Assembly (NCBI GenBank): GCA_965261395.1 | Contig: OZ253462.1 | Span: forward strand, 5,824,001-5,888,000 | Source: Candidatus Latescibacterota bacterium | GTDB lineage: Bacteria > Latescibacterota > UBA2968 > UBA8231 | Direction of reading: 5' to 3' | DNA: 64,000 nt | The notes under the pieces: model-generated | The model's database searches: none | What the model was told of the DNA's origin: nothing | The model's input: the letters and a program-made list of their open reading frames with translations, nothing else | Translations under genes and position numbers: made by a program | In this document: piece after piece, positions 1-8,597 of the stretch | Numbering within the stretch: position 1 is the stretch's first letter | Layout: each line of letters starts with the position of its first letter

Positions 1-313
1 CGATCCACACATCGTTCATAGGGATTGGTGTGCCGGCTCGACGCAACGCCACGAAGATTCGGGAATAGTGCCGAACGGTTTCGGAAGTGACGTCCAACAC
101 GCTGACGAAAGGCTCATCGAGGAAGTCGGCGAGGGCGTGGCGATTCTCCTGCACACGGCTCCCCAACTCGAATCCCGCTTCAATCTCTCCGAGCACTGTC
201 ACCGGCATGATGACTACCGGTGCATCCGCCACATAGTCGATCACTTGAGGATGTCCGGTACGCAGGTGCGAGTACGCGCTGGTATCGAGGACAAGTCGGT
301 CAGTCGAGTTCAC
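1..313 (-). CDS. vapC: PIN-domain (VapC-type) toxin, runs off window start
   Basis: Own translation from GTG at 313, overlapping the antitoxin TGA: MNSTDRLVLDTSAYSHL...VLGEIEAGF...GTPIPMNDVWI. Contains the PIN motifs LDTS, E and ND.WI. Confidence 0.9.
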   Translation of the reverse strand, partial: MNSTDRLVLDTSAYSHLRTGHPQVIDYVADAPVVIMPVTVLGEIEAGFELGSRVQENRHALADFLDEPFVSVLDVTSETVRHYSRIFVALRRAGTPIPMNDVWI

Positions 314-555
314 TGCCAGTACCGTTCATCGACGACTCGCTGCGCACGTAGCGCATCGGTAAACTCCGAGAGGTCGTCAGCCGTCCATGTGACGTATCGG
401 CGCAGGCGGTCGCGACGCGCATCCAACCCGACCGCGTCTTGCAGGAGGCGCAGCACGGTGCTGTTCAGGCTCTCACCGCGTTCCGCGCTGACGGCGCGAA
501 GCCGCCGCGAGAGTTCGGGATCGACATTGCGAAGGGTAATCTGAGTAGCAGGCAT
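310..555 (-). CDS. FitA/VapB-like ribbon-helix-helix antitoxin
   Basis: QITLRNVDPELSRRLRAVSAERGESLN is an RHH pattern; GTGA overlap with the PIN gene. Confidence 0.85.
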   Translation of the reverse strand: MPATQITLRNVDPELSRRLRAVSAERGESLNSTVLRLLQDAVGLDARRDRLRRYVTWTADDLSEFTDALRAQRVVDERYWQ

Positions 556-748
556 GACATCATGAATCTACTGTCATGCCTGCACCGCGTCAATCCCGAC
601 AGACGGCGTGGCGAAGACGCGGGTATCAGTTTTCTCGGCCGGAAGTCATGCTCATTCTACTAAGGAGCCTATTTTTTATTTGAAGGCTGCATGGAAGAGC
701 GAATACGGATTCATTCCACAACGTCCCGATTTGCATAGGAGATATGTG

Positions 749-1126
749 ATGATCGTTGGCGACAATCCTATAAAAAATCCCGAAGATGATGCTATCGGTA
801 GAATTTCTACCGCTCAAAATTTTGCTCAGCATGTACTCGCCCTTGATACCAAGGAGGGGGTTGTAGTCGGCGTCCTTGGCCCTTGGGGTTCTGGAAAGAC
901 GTCCTTTATCAATCTTGCCCGGAATGAGTTTGAGAAGGCCGAAGTTCCCATACTCGACTTTAATCCGTGGATGTTCAGTGGTGCGGCGCAACTCGTCGAG
1001 TCGTTTTTTATCGAACTCGCCGCCCAACTGAAGATTCGTCGTGGCCTTGCCGAAATAGGCGAAAACTTTGAGGCGTATGGAGAACTATTCTCCGGCTTAT
1101 TGACCTCTGCATTTTTAAAGGAATAG
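749..1126 (+). pseudogene. KAP-family P-loop NTPase, N-terminal fragment truncated by IS630
   Basis: AGGAG RBS before ATG 749. Sequence DNPIKNPEDDAIGR...VVGVLGPWGSGKTSFIN...FNPWMFSG. The reading frame runs into IS sequence after the TA at 1098-1099. Confidence 0.85.
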
Positions 1127-2018
1127 TTATATTCATTTATATGCGACCTAAAGGTAGTGCCGATCGGCTGGAATATCGTCGTCAATGGGCGGCTCAGTTG
1201 CTTGATGCCGGCAAAGGCGTCAACGAAGTAGCTCGTCTGGTCCAAGTCTCCCCTTCCTCGGTGTCTCGTTGGAAGGCGATGAAAGCGCAAGCCGGCGAGG
1301 AGGGGCTCAAAGCCAAACCGCATCCGGGTCGGGGCTGTCAGTTGAGTCCCCAAGACAAGGATCAGTTGAAACAGCTTCTGCTCCAAGGCCCCCAGGCGGC
1401 TGGCTTTGATAGCGCTGTGGACCTGTCGGCGTGTCGCGCAGGTGATGGCCCAAACGTTTGGGGTGTCCTATCATCCCGATCACGTGGGTCGTCTGCTGCA
1501 TGGGTTGGGTTTTTCATGCCAGTATCCCCAGCACCGGGCGCGCGAACGGGAGGAGGAGGCCATCCGCCAATGGCGCTTAGTGGAGTGGCCGCGGATTAAA
1601 AAAAAGCCCGGCACCAAGGGGCGACCATCGCCTTGATGGATCAGAGGGGCTTCATGCTGCAACCCACCCGTCGTAGGACGTGGGCTTTGTCGGGTCACAC
1701 GCCCATACACAAGGTGTGGGATCGCCATGATCGCTTGTCGGTTCAGGCCGCCGTTACCTTGCCGCCTCGGCGCCAGCGGTTGGGCGTTTATTTCCGAATG
1801 TATGAGCATAATATTGACCGGCAGGATGTGGTATCCTTTGTCGGTCCTCTGCGGCGTATGATACGGCGCAAGGTCGTGCTCATTTTGGATCGGTGGAGTG
1901 TGCATCGCGCCGCGGTGGCGGTATTGCACAAAAGGTATCCGGATCGACTCACCATCGAATGGTTACCCGCCTATGCACCCGAATTGAATCCGGCTGAACA
2001 GGTCTGGAATCATACTAA
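1100..2018 (+). mobile_element. IS630-family element, frameshifted and 3'-truncated
   Basis: HTH (VARLVQVSPSSVSRW), WTCRRVA winged helix, poly-A slippery site near 1598-1606, and DDE part LILDRWSVH...LPAYAPELNPAEQVW. Starts after a TA. An extra frameshift lies near 1410, and the element is cut by IS5 at 2019. Confidence 0.85.
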
Positions 2019-2919
2019 GAGTTCCTAACAAAACTCTTTGAGGTGGTTCCAACAGATGAGTATACATCCGATGTCGAGGAAGGCCTCATGGATTTCGGCT
2101 CGCCGCTCCCAGCGCACTCGTAACCGCCGAAACTGATGCAACCACGCCAACGTCCGTTCCACCACCCACCGATAGACGCCCAAGCCGCTGCCGTGGGCTT
2201 GTCCCCGCCGCGCCAACACCGCGCCGATGCCCCGCTTTTGCAAGGCGCGCCGATGCGCTTGCGAATCATAGGCCCGGTCGCCTTGCACCTGATCGGGGCG
2301 ACGACGCGGTCGGCCGACTCGACCGGCCACCGCAGGGATGCGATCCACCAACGGCAACAACTGCGTCACATCATGCCGATGCGCCCCCGTCACGCTGGCG
2401 GCCAACGGGACCCCCTGTGCATCGGTGATTACATGATGTTTGCTGCCCGGTTTGCCCCGATCGGTCGGATTGGGACCGGGGTGCGCCCCCCCCCAACCGC
2501 CCGCACCGAGGCACTATCGATCACCGCCCGAGACCCGTCGATCCGGTCGGCCGCCCGTAGTTGGTTCAACAGAATATGGTGGACGCGCTTCCAGACCCCG
2601 GCTTGCTGCCAAGCCCGCCGCCGACGCCAGCAGGTCATCCCCGAGCCGCACCCCAACTCTTGCGGCAAATACTCCCAAGGGATGCCCGTCTTGAGCACAA
2701 AGACCAGGCCGGTCAGCACCCGACGATTATCCAGCGGGGGCCGACCGCCTTTGGGCTTGGCTACATCGGGGGGTAAAACCGGTTCAATGAGTTCCCATAA
2801 CGCATCGTCGAGTACGGGCTGGGCCATGAACAAACCTCCATACCAAGGGAGTAGCATCAATACCGAACAAATGAATATAGATCAGCCTAAACGACATAAA
2901 AAGGGTTTGTTAGAGACTC
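2019..2919 (-). mobile_element. IS5-family element (two-ORF transposase, IS427-like)
   Basis: Imperfect TIRs GAGTTCCTAACAAA / TTTGTTAGAGACTC with TAA on both flanks. ORFA (MAQPVLDDALWELIEPVLP, start 2827) and ORFB (GDRAYDS...RWVVERTLAWLHQFRRLRVRWER) join at a G-run near 2486-2493. Confidence 0.9.
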
Positions 2920-2920
2920 T

Positions 2921-3613
2921 AAGGCTCCGAAGCCTCATATAATTCTTTCATCACTGCGCCCTCCAGGGCGTCGTGCTTTCACTTGTGCTCATGAACTCGG
3001 CCATCATAGCTATGGCGACGGTACGCGTATAGACGAGTTGGTTAAAGAAAGGGAAGACCCCCAGTTTGACCATAGCGAGTTCGCCGCCGATTGCTTTGCA
3101 GGTGCTCTCCTGATGCCCAAGATGGCTGTCGAGCGGGCCTTTGCGCTCCGTAAGTGGTCGATCAGTGAGTGTACACCGGACCAAGTCTATATGGTTTCCA
3201 ACTACTTCGGAGTCGGCTACACAACATTGATACACCACTTGAGAAACGCTCTCTTACTACTCCCAGGTCCCCAGGCTGAAAAACTCTTGAAAGTTCCGCC
3301 ACGGCGAGCACAAGCTTTAAGCCTCGGATGGGAGACTTCGGAAACAGTCTGGATTGCCGACGAGTATTGGACAGGAAGACCTATAGATGTTGAGGTCGGC
3401 GATCTCATCTTTGTACTTGGGCGGCCTCGTCTGGAAGGGTGTTGTGTCGAGCATGTAGCAGATAGGGATGGGGGCAGACTGATCTGCGCCCGGCAGCCCG
3501 GAATCGGCAGGCTTGAGGACAGTTCTGGTTGGTCAGCCTTCATTAGAATATCCAAGCGAGAATTCATCGGGCGAAGCCTCTTCCGACATCAGGAGGAGGT
3601 GGATGATGAGTAG
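2921..3613 (+). pseudogene. ImmA/IrrE-family zinc metallopeptidase, N-terminally truncated by IS5
   Basis: The frame is open from the IS end: KAPKPHIILSSLRPPGRRAFTCAHELGHH...EFAADCFAGALLMPK...YFGVGY. This gives HExxH plus E.xA..FA..LLMP. Confidence 0.85.
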
Positions 3614-4418
3614 TCCCTTGATCATCGTGGAGGACAACATCTCGGTGGCATGGGGCAAAGCCTTCCTGAAAGTCTTTCACGCTCGCGAGATTACCCCGCT
3701 GGTAGTGGAGATCAATAGCTTGGACAATCCGGAGTCTCCTGAGATCCCGTCTATCCGAAACGCTCTTGATGCCGCCTTGGCTAAGGATGGGAAAGGGCTA
3801 TGTTGCCATCAGGTGGCGAACACTATTTTCCCGATCTCCCTGTGGAACTCTAAGGCCGACAGACATAACCTGTACAAAAGGTATCTGAAGATCTTCCCTC
3901 GTATTCAGAAGTACCTCAGCAATCGAAATGGGGTATACTTCCAGCGCTTCATTTTATTTGGTCATGATGGCAACATGCAAGATGGGGTAAACCAACTGGA
4001 GCACATCATCCAGACGTGGAACGGCGGCAACCACCGCAGGTCCGCTTTACAAGCTGCTGCCTTTGACCCACACGTGGATCACACTCACCAACGTCAACGG
4101 GGATTCCCCTGTCTACAGCAGGTTGCGTTCGCGCCCCTAGGCAGTGATGGCCTGACCGTGACTGGCTTCTACGCCACGCAGTACATATTTGAACGTGCCT
4201 ACGGCAACTATTTAGGTCTTTGCCGTCTAGGGCGATTTATGGCCCATGAAATGGGACTGAGATTGGATAAAGTCACCTGTATAGCAACTCCCGCAATCCG
4301 GTCTAACCCGAAGAAGAAGAAGGCAGATTTGAAGGACCTTGCTCAACAAGTCGAAGTAGCCTTGGCAGGCTTTGCAGATGGAGCCGATTCCAGCATTGAT
4401 GAGGGATCTTATGCTTGA
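3603..4418 (+). CDS. Divergent thymidylate synthase-fold protein
   Basis: YFQR...NQLEHIIQ...RRSALQ...FDP..D...GFPCLQQV...YATQYIFERAYGNYLGL follows the TS motif order (PC nucleophile, Asn). GGAGG RBS; start overlaps the upstream stop. Confidence 0.7.
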   Translation: MMSSPLIIVEDNISVAWGKAFLKVFHAREITPLVVEINSLDNPESPEIPSIRNALDAALAKDGKGLCCHQVANTIFPISLWNSKADRHNLYKRYLKIFPRIQKYLSNRNGVYFQRFILFGHDGNMQDGVNQLEHIIQTWNGGNHRRSALQAAAFDPHVDHTHQRQRGFPCLQQVAFAPLGSDGLTVTGFYATQYIFERAYGNYLGLCRLGRFMAHEMGLRLDKVTCIATPAIRSNPKKKKADLKDLAQQVEVALAGFADGADSSIDEGSYA

Positions 4419-6108
4419 CCATTCCAGTCCTGGCCAAATAATCGTATTCGAGGGACCTGATGGTGTAGGGAAGTCCACGCTTTCTCAGGCCCTTGTCAAG
4501 AAGCTGACAGATATCGGTCTGCCCTGTGAGTACTTGACGTTTCCAGGTAAGGAAGCAGGGACCATAGGTCGCCTAGTTTATGACCTCCACCATGATCCCG
4601 AAGCGTTTGGCTTGGGGAAGGTCTCTGCCACTAGCCTCCAAACCCTACATATAGCTGCTCACTTGGATGTGATAGAGCAGCGTATCCAGCCGGCACTTAA
4701 TGAAGGACAGTGGGTGGTACTTGACCGGTTCTGGTGGTCTACGTGGGTTTACGGGCGGGCGTCCGCCGTGGACAGGACTATGTTGGATGCTATGATTCAG
4801 GTGGAGCGTCTTCAGTGGGATGGTACCAAGCCCGCTGTCGTCTTCCTGATTGATCGTTCTAGTCATCTACTCAAAGATGATGATCGAGCCAAACTACGCG
4901 AGGGATACCAGATCCTGTTCGAAAGGGAACAGGACCAGTACCCAGTCCGTTTGATCCAGAACGACACGTCAGTGGACGAATCCCTGAGCCAACTACTAGA
5001 GGTTCTTCAAGACCTCGTCCTTCAGGTGCAGGATAGAGCTTCTACAGAACAGACTGCCAACTCAAAGAAAAAGGTGGAGCAGCTACCTCTTTTCCTTCCA
5101 CACGAGAAGCCTCGCTCTGTCTTCACGAGACTATCTCCTGCCCAGCCGACTGTGGTGTATGACAGTTACTGGCGGTTCGCTGCGGAACGACAAGAGGTGT
5201 TTTTTCGTAAGCTATCGGGGCTTCCCGATCCTTGGACGGCTGATCGCATCCTCACCCGGTATAAGTTTACTAATGCGTACCGCGCATCAGATCGCGTCAG
5301 CCAGTACCTAATCAGGCATGTCATCTATGAGGGGGATGATAGCCCAGAAGAGGTGTTTTTTCGTACCATTCTTTTTAAGCTTTTCAATAAGATCGAAACG
5401 TGGAAGATGCTAAATGCCAAGCTGGGAACGGTCAGCTATGCTGATTACTCCTTCTCGAAATACGACCAAGTACTGGCTGAAGCTCTCTCATCCGGCACTC
5501 GGATCTATTCGGCAGCCTATATCATGCCGTCGGGCAAGACCTCGTTCGGCCATAGTCAGAAACATCGTAATAACTTGTTGCTTCTTGAACAGATGATGGA
5601 GGATGAGACTCCCCGTAGGATCGCCGATGCACCTAGCATGCAGCAAGCCTTTGAGGTATTACGCTCGTATTCGACAGTCGGCAGCTTTCTTGCCTATCAA
5701 TTCGTCACAGACCTCAACTACAGCGAACTCACAAACTTCTCGGAGATGGAGTTCGTCATACCAGGTCCAGGCGCAATGGATGGTATTCACAAGTGTTTCG
5801 CTGATCTAGGGGGCCTTAATGAGAGGGACATCATTCAAGTAGTCACGGAGCGACAAGAGCAGGAGTTTGAAAGACTAGAGCTACAGTTTCGCTCTCTGTG
5901 GGGAAGGCACCTCCAGCTCATTGACTGCCAAAACCTCTTCTGTGAAGTGTCCAAATACGCTCGTTTAAGGCATCCAGAGGTTAAGGGAGTCAACAAGCGC
6001 ACTCAGATCAAGCAGGTCTATCGTCCTTCCAAGGGACGGCTAGATTACTGGTACCCTCCTAAGTGGGGTATCAACCATCTTATCCCGCAGCCTAGGAAAT
6101 TAGTTTGA
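4411..6108 (+). CDS. dTMP-kinase-like P-loop domain fused to 5-hmdU DNA kinase helical (aGPT-Pplase clade 1-like) domain
   Basis: N-terminus has IIVFEGPDGVGKST...VVLDRFWWST. C-terminus has YWRFAAERQ...PWT.D.IL..YKFTNAYRASDRVSQYLI...FKLFNKIETW...GSFLAYQFVTDLNYS...GPGA..G...DCQNLFCEVSKY. Confidence 0.8.
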   Translation: MLDHSSPGQIIVFEGPDGVGKSTLSQALVKKLTDIGLPCEYLTFPGKEAGTIGRLVYDLHHDPEAFGLGKVSATSLQTLHIAAHLDVIEQRIQPALNEGQWVVLDRFWWSTWVYGRASAVDRTMLDAMIQVERLQWDGTKPAVVFLIDRSSHLLKDDDRAKLREGYQILFEREQDQYPVRLIQNDTSVDESLSQLLEVLQDLVLQVQDRASTEQTANSKKKVEQLPLFLPHEKPRSVFTRLSPAQPTVVYDSYWRFAAERQEVFFRKLSGLPDPWTADRILTRYKFTNAYRASDRVSQYLIRHVIYEGDDSPEEVFFRTILFKLFNKIETWKMLNAKLGTVSYADYSFSKYDQVLAEALSSGTRIYSAAYIMPSGKTSFGHSQKHRNNLLLLEQMMEDETPRRIADAPSMQQAFEVLRSYSTVGSFLAYQFVTDLNYSELTNFSEMEFVIPGPGAMDGIHKCFADLGGLNERDIIQVVTERQEQEFERLELQFRSLWGRHLQLIDCQNLFCEVSKYARLRHPEVKGVNKRTQIKQVYRPSKGRLDYWYPPKWGINHLIPQPRKLV

Positions 6109-7124
6109 TCCGTGTTTTTTCGGGACCAACCGCCGATCACGTGTGGCAGCAGATGGCAGATGCCTTCCGACAATCGGACGGCATCTGTAGCCAAAAGGGT
6201 AGAGGTGGCCCAACAAAGGAGATTCTCCATGCGGCCATATCAATCGAAGACCCTAGGCAACGCTGGGTGGTATCTCGGAAGCCATCTATAAATGTGGCCT
6301 TTGCACTGGCAGAGGTCGTATGGATCATAAACGGAAGGCGTGACCTGAAGTTCCTTGAGTTCTGGAACCAAGCCCTTCCCCGTTTTGTTGGGCCAGGGCC
6401 AGAGCTTCATGGAGCCTATGGGCATCGGCTCCGTGTTCACCTAGGCTTAGACCAGTTGAAACGGGCCTACGAGGCACTGCGACAGGATCCTGATACCAGA
6501 CAAGCGGTGCTACAGATTTGGGACTCTAGCATTGACCTACCTCGGTCTGACGGGTCACCAGTGGATCAGGACATTCCCTGCAATATCTTCTCATTGCTCA
6601 AGGTGCGTAATGGGAAATTGGAGTGGACGCAGATCATACGAAGCAACGACTTGTTTCTTGGAGTGCCTTACAACTTTGTCCAATTCACATGCCTTCAGGA
6701 GATAATAGCGGGGTGGCTGGGTATTGAGTGCGGCTCGTATAACCAGATCAGCGATAGCCTGCATCTCTATGACCGAAATATGGAGGAGGTACTCAACTCG
6801 ATGCGATCGTCAGACCTATCTTCCAATCCAGATTCTCTTGCTTTGCCATGGGAGGAATCAGAACAGGCATTTAGGGGGATGGAACATCGAATCGAGCGGA
6901 TGGTTAAGCCAGAGCTGTGTCCGGATGAACTTGAAGAGTTGTCTAAATGGGACACGGCACCAAAGGCTTACCAGAATATACTGGCTGTCCTTGTCGCTAG
7001 GGCACTACACCGACATGGTCACAGGGAAACAGCAAAGGCGGTCATGTCTTCCTGCACGAACCCTGTTTATCACGAACTTTGGTCACAGCGGTTTCTCAAC
7101 GAGACCAGGCGAAATAAAAAATAA
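6105..7124 (+). CDS. Thymidylate synthase / dUMP hydroxymethylase-like protein
   Basis: FALAEVVWI...GAYGHRLR...DQL..AY..L..DPDTRQAV..IWD...DIPCN...RSNDLFLGVPYN..QF...SLHLY. TTGA overlap with the upstream gene. Confidence 0.85.
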   Translation: MIRVFSGPTADHVWQQMADAFRQSDGICSQKGRGGPTKEILHAAISIEDPRQRWVVSRKPSINVAFALAEVVWIINGRRDLKFLEFWNQALPRFVGPGPELHGAYGHRLRVHLGLDQLKRAYEALRQDPDTRQAVLQIWDSSIDLPRSDGSPVDQDIPCNIFSLLKVRNGKLEWTQIIRSNDLFLGVPYNFVQFTCLQEIIAGWLGIECGSYNQISDSLHLYDRNMEEVLNSMRSSDLSSNPDSLALPWEESEQAFRGMEHRIERMVKPELCPDELEELSKWDTAPKAYQNILAVLVARALHRHGHRETAKAVMSSCTNPVYHELWSQRFLNETRRNKK

Positions 7125-7215
7125 ACTACCCCGCCGCAAGCAGCGGGGTATTAGCGGGAACTACTTGACGGCCTACGCCGCAAGCGGCGGGGTATTAGAC
7201 CCGAATGAGAATAAA
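7121..7215. repeat. Short double-hairpin element resembling paired IS200/IS605 ends (PATE/REP-like)
   Basis: Two near-identical hairpins: TACCCCGCCGCAAGCAGCGGGGTA (7127-7150) and CGCCGCAAGCGGCGGGGTA (7176-7194). No ORF between them. Confidence 0.6.
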
Positions 7216-7219
7216 AAAT

Positions 7220-7459
7220 ATGAAATCTCTGACTATCCACATGGACGATACCTTGGCCCAACTCATACGCAAGAAAGCCGCCGCCGAGGGAAAAAGTCTA
7301 AACAAGACTATAAACGGTGTGCTGAAAGAGGCCTTGGGTCTGCAGCCGACGAATCACCGAGCTGATTTTTTGGATCAGTGCGGCGTGTGGAGCACCGAGG
7401 AACGGACGGCATTCGACTCCTTGACTCGCCGCCAAGTAGATACTGAGGACTGGCAGTGA
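7220..7459 (+). CDS. VapB/FitA-like antitoxin
   Basis: MKSLTIHMDDTLAQLIRKKAAAEGKSLN...GVWS.EE..F...RQVDTEDWQ; paralogous to 310-555. Confidence 0.8.
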   Translation: MKSLTIHMDDTLAQLIRKKAAAEGKSLNKTINGVLKEALGLQPTNHRADFLDQCGVWSTEERTAFDSLTRRQVDTEDWQ

Positions 7460-7548
7460 AGGTCCTGTTGGATACCAATGCGTTCAACGCGTCAGTAATC
7501 CGCCTGTGGGAACCCCGTTCTTCCGAGTTGAGCCTCGGCCTCGTCTAA
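7456..7548 (+). pseudogene. Truncated VapC toxin remnant (30 codons)
   Basis: GTGA overlap with the antitoxin; begins MKVLLDTNA, then loses similarity and stops. Confidence 0.7.
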
Positions 7549-7550
7549 CC

Positions 7551-8312
7551 CTAAGAGGTCTCCAGCCCCATGTTCTGGTGCTGGCTTTGCAGGGACTCTT
7601 GGTATCTGCGCCGGCCTTCCTCATCCACCTTGCAACTGACGCCTTCGAAGACCATGGCAAAAGCGCGGCGGTGGCGCTGCGACGAGCGATTGGGGTCGGC
7701 TCGGTGGATGACTTCGCCGTGGTGGACCACCGCGTCGCCGGGTTGCAAATGCACCGCGACTTCATTGGCTTGGTCTTGGGGGCCGTAATCGGCAATGCCC
7801 TGCGAAAAACCCAAGACCGAGGTGCGGCTGTGCGGCCGGATGCCCTTGCGATGCGAGCCAGGGCTGTAGCGCAGGCAGCCGTTTTCCTCGTCAACTGGGT
7901 CGAGGGCCAGCCAAATGGAGGCGACGTTGGGCGGCGTGAGGTTGAAGTAGAAATTGTCCTGATGCGGCGGCGTGGGGTGTTCAGTCTGCGGCGGCTTGTT
8001 GAACCACTCGGGCTGGCTCACCTCTGCGGCTTCGCCGATGAGGGTTTGCGCTAGGGCCTTCCAGCGCGGTTGGTCGCGGTAATCGGAGAAGAAGGTGTCG
8101 TAGTCGCCCATCTTCTGTAGCTGTTTCAGGGTTTCGGGCCGGTCCTTGTCTTGGTAGAAGACGGCCTGATCGGGCAAGGTTGGCACCACGTCGCGGATAT
8201 AGCGGGCGACTTGGGCCGTTAGGTTTGCGAGTTCGTCGGGGGGCAGGAAGTTCCGCACGAGGACGAAGCCATCGCGGTCATAAGCGGCTTTATAAGAGGT
8301 ATAGTCGGGCAT
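7551..8312 (-). CDS. Phytanoyl-CoA dioxygenase (PhyH) family 2OG-Fe(II) oxygenase
   Basis: YDRDGFVLVRNFL, FNKPP...TPPHQDN, WLALDPVDEENGCL..PGSH, GDAVVHH...H...N.S...RRA. Confidence 0.9.
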   Translation of the reverse strand: MPDYTSYKAAYDRDGFVLVRNFLPPDELANLTAQVARYIRDVVPTLPDQAVFYQDKDRPETLKQLQKMGDYDTFFSDYRDQPRWKALAQTLIGEAAEVSQPEWFNKPPQTEHPTPPHQDNFYFNLTPPNVASIWLALDPVDEENGCLRYSPGSHRKGIRPHSRTSVLGFSQGIADYGPQDQANEVAVHLQPGDAVVHHGEVIHRADPNRSSQRHRRAFAMVFEGVSCKVDEEGRRRYQESLQSQHQNMGLETS

Positions 8313-8447
8313 GGTGGCGCTCCCTTCGGCTTTGTTCAGGGCAAGCTCTCAATTTTTCGGTCGCTCTGTGAAATGAACTCGTATTCGACCGTATCAGTTT
8401 AACTAACTTCATCACAAAATGACAGTCAATGCGATCTATCCGCGCCT

Positions 8448-8542
8448 TGACTTATATACCGTGCTGCCCAAGATGCGCATCTTGCGCGAGAAGGGTTTTG
8501 ATCTCTTAGCCAGCAGGCTAGGCCGATCTCTACAACTCGTGG
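8448..8542 (+). pseudogene. Degenerate blaI/mecI fragment
   Basis: ATACCGTGCTGCCCAAGATGCGCATCTTGCGCGAGAAGGGTTTTG aligns to blaI at about 12377-12420 (TVLPKMRILREKGF vs TVLTIMRILRDKGF). Confidence 0.7.
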
Positions 8543-8597
8543 AATATTCTAGAAGCCGTATCCTCTAGATACCTATGCCGCTTCTGAAGTTTTCTCA

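Noticed and set aside
608-748. Extended N-termini from the ORF track (608, 3513, 4372, 10373, 12207, 16491, 22843, 25586, 42935 and others)
   Set aside because: Downstream ATGs with RBS, stop overlaps or paralogue-matched starts fit better.
6105-7124. Housekeeping thyA/tmk call
   Set aside because: The PCN motif, the fused helical domain, the second TS paralogue and the IS/TA island context do not fit housekeeping genes, so no symbol was given.
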